A DNA stretch of 58,155 nucleotides, the filler included, from Sphacelaria rigidula (taxonomy: Eukaryota): assembly GCA_964200075.2 (NCBI GenBank). It is 4 parts of 4 records of this genome, joined end to end, with 100 filler letters (N's around TTAATTAATTAA, not from the genome) between each part and the next. Parts side by side here need not be neighbours in the genome. Positions count along the whole stretch, not along the records: positions 43,695 to 58,155 come from CAXNAA020002231.1; 3 more parts are not named here. One strand, given 5' to 3'. The first letter of the stretch is position 1. Each line of letters opens with the position of its first letter. Positions 49,635 to 58,155 of this stretch are shown piece by piece. Both the position numbers and the translations under genes were made by a program. Under the pieces are notes generated by a model. That model was not told the origin of the DNA. It saw only the letters and a list, made by a program, of their open reading frames with translations, and searched no databases.

Positions 49635-51619
49635 TTTATATCCAGTATTATTCCTTTTCGATAACACGGAGGCGGTGTTTTTGCAGGTTAGACGCCGAGA
49701 AAACCCACACCTCGCTTGTAATGCCGAAACTTCGAGGATATGTTGATTGGTACTACAGCAAGGCGTCGGAGCTGCAGTTATGGCTGCACATGGTGCTGTG
49801 GGCCCGATCTGCATTGAAACGTGTATACTATTCTATTCAGATTATTTGTTTCTTCACCACCTCCTGTATGATGACGAATACAGTATGTACAATTTCGGTC
49901 AGGCTCGCAGACCGCACGGATCCTTCAGGCGTCATCGTCAATCTTCGCCCAGTTAGGGATGGACGCTCGCAGGAGATCAGAAAATAAACAGCATCTAGAC
50001 CCCACCATATGTGTTAAGGTCTAGGCTGAACGTTTGCCGGTCCGAAAAGGTCGACACGTCAAGGTTAAGCCCATCTCAAGCGACCGCTGCGTTCTGCTAT
50101 GGATCCTGCTCCACGTACCCGACAAGGGGGCAACATCCCCGTACAGACAGTAGCAATGCTAGTGAATAGAAGATTTTAACAGTCTGGAAGCCGGCAAGGT
50201 AATTATGGTTGTGTTATTCTAGCGATATCAACTTACAGTGCACTGTTTCAGAGTTCACAGGTGAATATTTTGGCGATTGCCTCGCGTGAAGTTTGCCCAG
50301 ATGTAGTGAACTTTTCCACCATCTCACCGCGCCAGATTATACGTGAAAACGTATAAGATTCTGTATTTTATGTTGAAATGTCCCAGACCCTGGACGAAGA
50401 TTCTACAGTCAGTCAGTACGACCACGGTCGTAAAAGTGCACTGCGCACAGTATACAATATATTGCAAACTATAATTTGTGTAATACTCGCACCTCAAGCC
50501 CGTAACTGCAACGCTACACTTCGAGACAACAACAGTGTGTAAATATCTCCACGGTATGAAATGCTACAGGCGGCTTTCGCGCCATAGCGGTTGTGTTTCC
50601 ATACAGCTTCGCCCAAGATACAGGCAGCCATGACAGCAGCAGAGGCGGCCTTTCACTCCCGCGTGCGCAACCTGGCGCAAACGCACGCTGTAGCTGCAAC
50701 ACGGAGAGCTTTACACAATGTGTCTTGGCGATCTAGGGCGTAGCCAAGGGTGATATCCCGCAACACGTTGACCGCAGATACAAGCGGTTGCGGGCATGAT
50801 GTGGCGAACTGCATAGGACAGCGCGAAATCAATGCAGCACAGGGATAGGCCAAGGACGTGACGTCCTGTGCTGTGCTTTATCACCCTGCACCCTGCCGCT
50901 GTGCAGTGAGCAGGTAGTACCGCCGAAGGCGTAAGGCCGCGGTTGGTACGCAGTGTCGAACACATTCCAGCAAACAGCATATTTTATGTACAACAGACAA
51001 GAATGTATGTGTGTTTCGAGACCGATGCGCACAGAGTGCAACCCGCATCTAGAGAACCCTGCACCAACTCGCCCTGTTCTAGTGGATAGGTGAATCTTTT
51101 TAGCAAAAACCGCGTGCGACATGTGCTGTAACGGATCTCGTGCGTCAGGCAGCTTTCTCCCATGTGCGGCATCGCCCGTGAGGCGAGCTGTTGGAGCTAA
51201 CAGTGCCCAACCCTCTTCCCACGATGACCTCCTGTCTGACCTCAAGATAATTGAAACTGTGGAACATAACTTCAGCTAATAGTACTTACATCTCACCGTG
51301 AAATACAGCCTTCATGTAATGGAAAAGGAACAACACTGTATCTGCGTTTCAGGCCACTTCTCATGTGCCAGGATAAAAAATCTTGAAAACAGCCTTTTGG
51401 TCCTTGTCCATCGTTTTACACCCGAAATGAGGGCTACGCCAAGGCTACGCAGATGTTGACAGCTTGGAATGACTCGCTCTACTCGTTGAGACCGTTCCAG
51501 GGAATCTTTGCGATTTCCGGTGGTCGCAGTGTTTTTTTTTTCAAAACTTGCATTTTCAGTAACACACGGTTGCAGAGTACAGCGCAGATATCGGAACGGT
51601 TTTAAATGTGAAGGCTAGG

Positions 51620-51664
<45 letters not shown>

Positions 51665-51723
51665 CGGTCAAGTTATCAAGAAACGGTGGGGGGGAACTGC
51701 TACTTTTTTTATAACTTGACCGT
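51620..51723. repeat. (CAA)~14 microsatellite followed by a 13-bp inverted repeat
   Basis: acggtcaagttat at 51664 and ataacttgaccgt ending at 51723. Confidence 0.8.
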
Positions 51724-53314
51724 TTTTTTTTTATATGAAATGTAGCCAAAAAACGTTACGGCCATCGAGAACGCAAAGGTGCCCAGGACCTGTCTCGACG
51801 AGTAGAGCAAGTAATCTCAAGATGTCAACTCAACACCCTTCTAGCCCTCTTTTCGGGCGTAAAGCGATAGAGAAGGGCCATGAGGCACAGTCTTGACACA
51901 TTATGTTTTTTACACACAAAAGAAGTGGCCTTAGGCCAACTCTTACGGCAGGCGATCTAGATCTGCAAAAGGTTACTACTGATCACCCGAGTGATTCGGG
52001 TGCAGTCAGAAATTCTCAGATCACCTGGACCAACCTTATATCTCAAAATGAATTTTGGTAATGGTGACCGTGACATGGTTGGCCGGGTGGAGCACTTCAC
52101 CGGTCCACTAAAACGTCCACAGGTGAGAAAATAGTCATATGCCAAAGATTATCCCGCTGTGTTTGATGTATGTGTGGGCCATGTCCGAAAGCACGACAAG
52201 CACAAGAACGCTCTGGCCAAAATCAGTATGACTGGAATGGCCTCCTTCCGATCTACACATCGATACTTGAGGTTCTGTTCAATTCCCGGCGTAGCATACC
52301 GTGTGTTTTTTTCAATGATATGCAGGCTTTTTTCCTATCCACGTTTTTCATTCAACACCGACTGCAGTGCTCCAGTTGAAGCATTCATGCTTCACAGACA
52401 GTATCAATTGTATTGAGCCCGGAAAAAAAAACATCGTGGGAAGAGGGGTCATCACAGTCAGGACGAACAGCTGGCGCAGGAGGAACGTCACTGCGTAGAT
52501 CGCAAGCGGTTGCTACTAGAAAACCTGCTCTCCCGCCGGACTCAATGGCTACATTGGTACTGTGTTCTCGCAGCTGTGGGCGCCACTCTGTGCACACGAG
52601 TACTGTACTACTGACTGTGTCTGGCGTGGAACTAGTCTCGCATGACGTGTCACTTTGTCAGAGAGTAAAATATTCCGCAAGAGCCCGACAAAATGGAACT
52701 AATGGACCACCGAAATGTTCACGTATAATCCTTGATCCGCCTTTCTCGAGCTTGATATTGGGAGAAGCATCAAATAGCGATCATCCTCGTGGCTTTCAGA
52801 TTCTCATGAGGTCTCCCCGGAAGTTCTGCTACTGACTGTAAGGGGACGTTGGTCCTTGCCGGGGAGCTTTACGGTGGTCCGTGGCAGAATCCACAGCTCG
52901 TGCGTCAGAGGAGCTCAAAGTCGAGCTGTCGCGTGATTTGAGGCGAGAACGCTGGGACCAGTACCCTCAGATACTCAACGGAGCTCAACGGTGCTTGTGA
53001 GCTGTATTGCTTCCAGCGTTTATCGGGCCAAGTATCCTGACAAAGCTGGCGGGATCCCTTGCTGCGTCCTTGCCGGTTTGATATCGTACCCTCCATAAGT
53101 ACCAGTGGACAACGAGTTTCACATAAGAAACAAGTCTGGCCATGCTGATCACAGCCGTTTCAGCCCACACAGCGCCTTGAGCGCCTAGCGACACCGAACC
53201 TGTCGCTTTCACACCCGCCTGTGGCATCATCCAACATATACCCGAAGTTTCACCACCATCACACATGAGGTACGTCTTGTCTCAACGCACAACCTTCCAA
53301 AATATTGCACGGCC

Positions 53315-53371
53315 AGGACGAATCATCACGACTACGAATCACCAAATCCACAATTTCTTCGGCCTGATTGC
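53315..53371 (+). repeat. Dispersed repeat, 56/57 identical to 58099-58155
   Basis: aggacgaatcatcacgactacgaatcaccaaatccac(a/g)atttcttcggcctgattgc. Confidence 0.9.
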
Positions 53372-54525
53372 CCACAAGGGAGAAAAAAAATGACCGCTGG
53401 TCCAAGGGGTATCCACGCAACTTTTGCGCGCCATTCTACGTGTCTGGGCTGCGTGTACCTGGGTTGCAACGCTGAAAACAAAGCCTAGGGATTGATTCGT
53501 ACGAGTCGAAACAATTGTACTAAAACCAAGTAAGTTCCAGACGAGTCATTATTTGTCCGACCCTATGAATATTGCACCCTTCCATGTGATCGCAAAGGGA
53601 TAACGCTGCATGAGCTATGGTCGGCAACGATGGGAACCGTGAATAGACAACGTCGCATGGTGTCGACAGTCACGACCGTACACGTGACTCATCCCACGTT
53701 TTCGTTCACTAACTCGACAACTGCGATGCTGTTATGGGCGAGACTGGGCGGTTTCACCGAGCAGCCGTAATGTTGGCATTATATGGCTTGAGCGAGCTGT
53801 CCTTCCCCTTTTCGTTGTACACTGAGCTGCGCATTGTGCACACACGTGACACGGCGATGCCGGCACAAGAGTCGAGGCTGTAAAGTCCAAAAAAGTGTCG
53901 ACTACACAGTGAACAACCCCGAGGCTGGCGCCTAAATACACAACCATCCAGACTACCTGGCCTGGCTTTGGGGGTAAAACTCACTCTCAGATCACCGTAA
54001 ATTCTGGGAACAAAAAGGAAATGTACTCCAAAGTGTTCCGAGTTGAGCGGATTACCCCCCCTCCGCCCCCCCCCCCTCCCGCTCCGTGTAATATTTGGTC
54101 AGGTACATCAACGCAGTTGATGTAACGTACCGTAATAGTTTTACATCCAGATCACCTTCCATATGAGTTGGTCGTACAAAGGTCACATATATATATATAT
54201 ATAATTATTTATTATTTGTGTCAGCGCCGATTTCAACAGTTAGATTTTCGTGCGTCAAATGTCCCTCGTAGTGTCCACTCTCACTCACTCGCTGCATCAC
54301 GCCCGTCCTTCCTTTCATGCTACAACAAACGGCCCTACTACTATTCAAAAATGTGTAACTCTCTACGACAAGATCCCGGCAGGAGATACTCGGGAGGTGG
54401 GAATTCAACAGGAAGATAACGCGGCCGATAGAATGATCCTCGTGAGTAAACTTGCCATATCACACGAGCCAGGCCTTAACTCTTCGCGGTATATTTTCTT
54501 GTATTCAAACTAAATCTTACCACAG

Positions 54526-55666
54526 GGCGCACGCACCGGCAATCGAAGCCCATCGTACTCTAGCCGCCTCGACGTCTTCCGTGTGCAAACCGCCCCAAGA
54601 ACAGACCCGAAATAGTACCATCGACCCGGATGCAGCCGCCGCTCTCGCTGCGGTGTCCCCTCCAGCATGGGCGGTAGTGCTGCCAGCGGGTGCCGTGCTA
54701 TGCTCACCTTCAGATCTTCAAGAACATCTTCGCAACCCCGAATCCCGTTCGAATACAGCGGCGTGCTCTACGCCAGGCACCACCGACGTCGAAAAAGAAG
54801 GAGTCGAAGACAGGGAGACAGATGTCGGCGCCGGCGTCGGTGCGATCTCTCGGAGTACCGAAGGTCTTCCCCCGTCGCCTTCTTCCTGCTCGGGAGCAGA
54901 TGACTCGGCTGCCGAGAGTAGAACCGGGTCGGTCGTTTCTGCGATAGATAAGGCGTTTGTATTCGACCACGTTTATCCCGGAGTCAGTACAGGAGGCGAC
55001 AGCGGCGGTGTCGCCAACCCTGGCGGTGATAGTCATGGTGACGGCCCCGGTTCAAGAACGATCACCGTTGTGTTGTACGGGGCCATTGGTAGCCCCGCGA
55101 TGATCGGATTCCACGATGTATTGAAAGAGGCGGTGGGGACTGGGTGTGGGGTCAGGGCGGGAGTGGCGACGGAGGGAACGGGCGAGGAAGATGGAGGAGA
55201 TGGCGAGAACTGCACCGTTCGCTACGTGTTCAGACACGCTCTACCGTACACCCTCACTCCAGCATCCGATACTTGCGCACGTGGCGACGATGATGGCGAC
55301 GCTTGCAGCAACGGAAACGCGGACGAGTCGGTATCATCAGCCACAAGGGACGCTACAGCTACAAAAGCAACAACGCCCCTGCAGGGGTACGGCGTGGTGC
55401 TGGATGTGAAAAACATGGAGTACAAGAACTACGATCCTTCGGCGACGCCGACTGAAGGTGGCAGCGGCGACGGCGACGGAAGCGGCGAAGGGGAAGGCGC
55501 ACGTGACGACGACGGACTGTCGTTGATCGAAGGAGAAGAAATCGGCGGGGTGGTGCTGTCGACATTGGTATCCAGGAGGCCGGAGCTCCGACGGGAGTTG
55601 GGCATGCTGCGGCAAGCGTTGCTGGAGGAAGCGGGGAGCGGAGGGGGGCAGTCGGAAGAGTTGAAG
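54526..55666 (+). CDS. UGGT: UGGT exon 2 (TRXL1 region with low-complexity insertions)
   Basis: The phase-2 acceptor cacag| gives LSTR-AHAPAIEA; FVFDHVYP, VVLYGAIGSPAMIGFHDVL, VRYVFRH, LQGYGVVLDVKNMEYKNYD; ends EELK|gtgcgt. Confidence 0.93.
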
Positions 55667-57175
55667 GTGCGTACCACTGTTGAATATCGAACGGAAAAGA
55701 AAAAATTCGACTCGATGATTTCAAAATATCGACGTAAAAAACGTCGATGCCGATACTTTTTCCGATACGCGGGAAACGACCCGATACGTATCGATACTTG
55801 ATACTGATACTCGATACTCGATACTCGATACGATGCGATACGGCTGTTTTGGTTGGGGCGCAGCTTGCAAGACCTCACGGTGCTACACTGAAATACTAGC
55901 AACCTAACCTGGAGTGGATGCGCGCCTGATTGTATGATGGTACAGCAGCACCAGTGTGTGGTTTGTTGTCTGGCGTCATGAAAGTGGCGGCAGAACACGC
56001 CGCGTGATGCTTCGGTTTAACAAAAATGGTCCTTCATCGTGCAAGAGGCAAGTCGCAAGAAGAGGTAGTTGATCACAACGCCAGGTGCGGTGCGTGATAC
56101 GTAGTGTGTTGTTCAAGCCGGTGATATGCCAAAGTATATTTCGCGGCCACTATTCCGTCATGTTTCGATCGAATTTGAGCATTTACCTCGACTTTGCGCA
56201 CTGCCCACTGCGAACACACTCTTCATTATTTATTATCAAACGCGCCAAACCTCGAAACTGCGCCATAAATGATACTGCAAATGCGCGCTCGTTTTTTCTG
56301 TTCTCTGTACCAAACAAAGGAAAACGTCGGCAGCATACCGTCAAATTTCTTCATTGTTGGCTGCACAACCAAGTATGAACTCCAGACACCTAAAACGCCA
56401 AAGCAATATAATTCAAAGGCTTGTAGACAAATAATGGATATGATGAGAAAATGAAATGACCGTCTACCCTCACACGCGAAACACTCCCGCCGACTTGAAG
56501 CATTCACAAGGCACCCGCGGTACTCTCTCGCCCCCTTTCTGATGTCTGCACACGAGATACAGCTGAACTACCAGCTGCAACGTGCAAACACTGTAGGAAC
56601 GCCGGACACAGAAGCAAGTTGGCTCCACTGCGGCGATTGCATTTGGGCGCTTCTTTTTTTTTCGGCCCTCGGGTTCGAATCGCCCGTTTGCCACCCGACT
56701 CCGTGGCACCCACAAAGAAACACCAAGTTTTTGACCGCATCGGTGCCCAACTTGTTGCGTTTCTTCTTTTGTGGTGGGTGTGGTGGGTGGCGGGTGGTGG
56801 GCAGTGGGCGGAGGCATGCGAGCATGCGAAAAAGGGGGATAACGTGTTGTATACCCCCCTTCCCCTCCCCTCCCCGTAAAAAATAAAATAAATATATTGA
56901 CGATATCAATATCCGATATCGATATTGATGTTGATATTGATATATATCGACAAATATCGGCTTGGAAACCGGCGATACCGATACGCCGTATCGACCAATA
57001 TTTATCGAAATCGTCTCGAGTATCGATATCTGAGTTGCAATACTGGCGCGTAGTCACAATCTCACCGACTTCCCCACGTGCGACCGTCAGAATCTGATTA
57101 TCGGTTGCGGTTGTAGCTGTTTTTTTTTTGTCTTTCGCGTAGAGACCGCTGATTATGAAAGCGATATTCCTACAG

Positions 57176-57439
57176 GTGTGGAACATGGCAGACCTGGGCT
57201 TACAGGCGCTCCAGTCCGTGGCGGGCGCCGAGAGGCCCCTCCTCCGAGTGGAAGAGCTTTCTCAGAATTTTCCGACGCAGGCTTCGGCGCTGAGTGCCCT
57301 CAAGGTTCGGCCTGGCACACGCGAAGAGGTGTTGATGGGACAACGGTATTTCTTTTCGATGCTGGGGTTGCGCCCCGGTAACCTGTACATGAACGGCAAG
57401 CGGCTAGATCTGGAAGGCCCGACTTTTAACGCGTTTCAG
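57176..57439 (+). CDS. UGGT: UGGT exon 3 (TRXL2 region); the gene continues beyond the window
   Basis: cctacag| VWNMADLGLQALQSV...LSQNFPTQASALS...LYMNGKRLD...FNAFQ |gtgggt, matching the UGGT LKVWxxxDLxxQA...SQNFP pattern. Confidence 0.93.
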
Positions 57440-57724
57440 GTGGGTGGAAATGAAGAGAACAGAGGATGATGAAGACGAGGGCATGGATCATCGTTTTTTT
57501 ATTATTTTTATTGTCGTACTTTGAACCTCTCTCCTTCCTCGGGATGAGTTCATGATCTCAAGGGATCAACCCATCTCTCCTCCGATACATGCCTTGCATA
57601 TTGGTCTCGCGGACTGGGTCAGCACTCTCGGACCGCGTCTACTAACGTCAAACAAACTCAGTCGACTGCTTTGTTTACCCACGCTCTCACGCTGGAAATC
57701 AGACATTGCGAAGAAAAAATCCAA

Positions 57725-57797
57725 CGCATCGGGAATCGAACCCTCGCTCTCTCCACCCTAATGGCGATAGTCGAACCATTTCACCACCGGGGCGCAT
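57725..57797 (-). repeat. tRNA-derived SINE-like head / tRNA pseudogene
   Basis: Minus strand has tggtgaaatgg (A box) and ggttcgattccc (B box) at tRNA-like spacing; acceptor and T stems do not pair properly. Confidence 0.55.
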
Positions 57798-58098
57798 GCG
57801 TGTGCCTTTTCGTTTTTACCGTCATTATGTATGGGGGGCGGTGGCGTGCCCTGTATTTTATGTTGTTGCAGATGTTGCTGTTATTGTTGCTACTGCTACT
57901 GCCCTCGTTTGTTTGTTTTTGCGGTCGATGTATGGTTGTGTTTCCAGGGGTTGCACGGCGTAGCCCTGTGTATGCTTGACCGCGTACGGGTGTGTGCGAT
58001 ATTGTACGTTTGTTGATTTGTTTATTTATCGGGTGCATGGTGTGACCTTAAATCGTTTTCAACGCGTACAGATGTGTCGAATTATTGTTACCACGGTT

Positions 58099-58155
58099 AG
58101 GACGAATCATCACGACTACGAATCACCAAATCCACGATTTCTTCGGCCTGATTGC
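58099..58155 (+). repeat. Dispersed repeat copy at the contig end
   Basis: Matches 53315-53371. Confidence 0.9.

Noticed and set aside
20781..57439. AKR plus UGGT as a carbohydrate-related gene cluster
   Set aside because: They are on different, artificially joined contigs.

Overview
Eukaryotic genomic DNA, intron-rich and repeat-rich. The gene style suggests a brown alga (Phaeophyceae), but that is inference. The window is not one locus. It is four contigs (1-14468, 14569-29032, 29133-43594, 43695-58155; lengths 14468, 14464, 14462, 14461) joined by identical artificial 100-nt spacers (44N-TTAATTAATTAA-44N), apparently size-sorted, so nothing can be inferred across the gaps. Contig 1: a spliced gene for a Cys-rich single-pass membrane protein that the ORF track shows only in pieces, plus several MITEs/hairpins and a SINE-like tandem duplication with a template-switch scar. 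Contig 2: a 9-exon, 5'-partial aldo-keto reductase (- strand) with a probable GC-AG intron, flanked by Gypsy-like and Copia-like retroelement relics. Contig 3: a large low-complexity protein gene with a zinc ribbon and a coiled coil. Contig 4: a polyglutamine exon (- strand) divergent from the 5' part of UDP-glucose:glycoprotein glucosyltransferase (UGGT), whose 7.1-kb first intron holds a 1.9-kb hAT-type element with a perfect 8-bp TSD. I found no convincing new multi-gene system. The best candidates for novelty are the Cys-rich membrane protein, the atypical AKR active-site loop and the small structured repeats.
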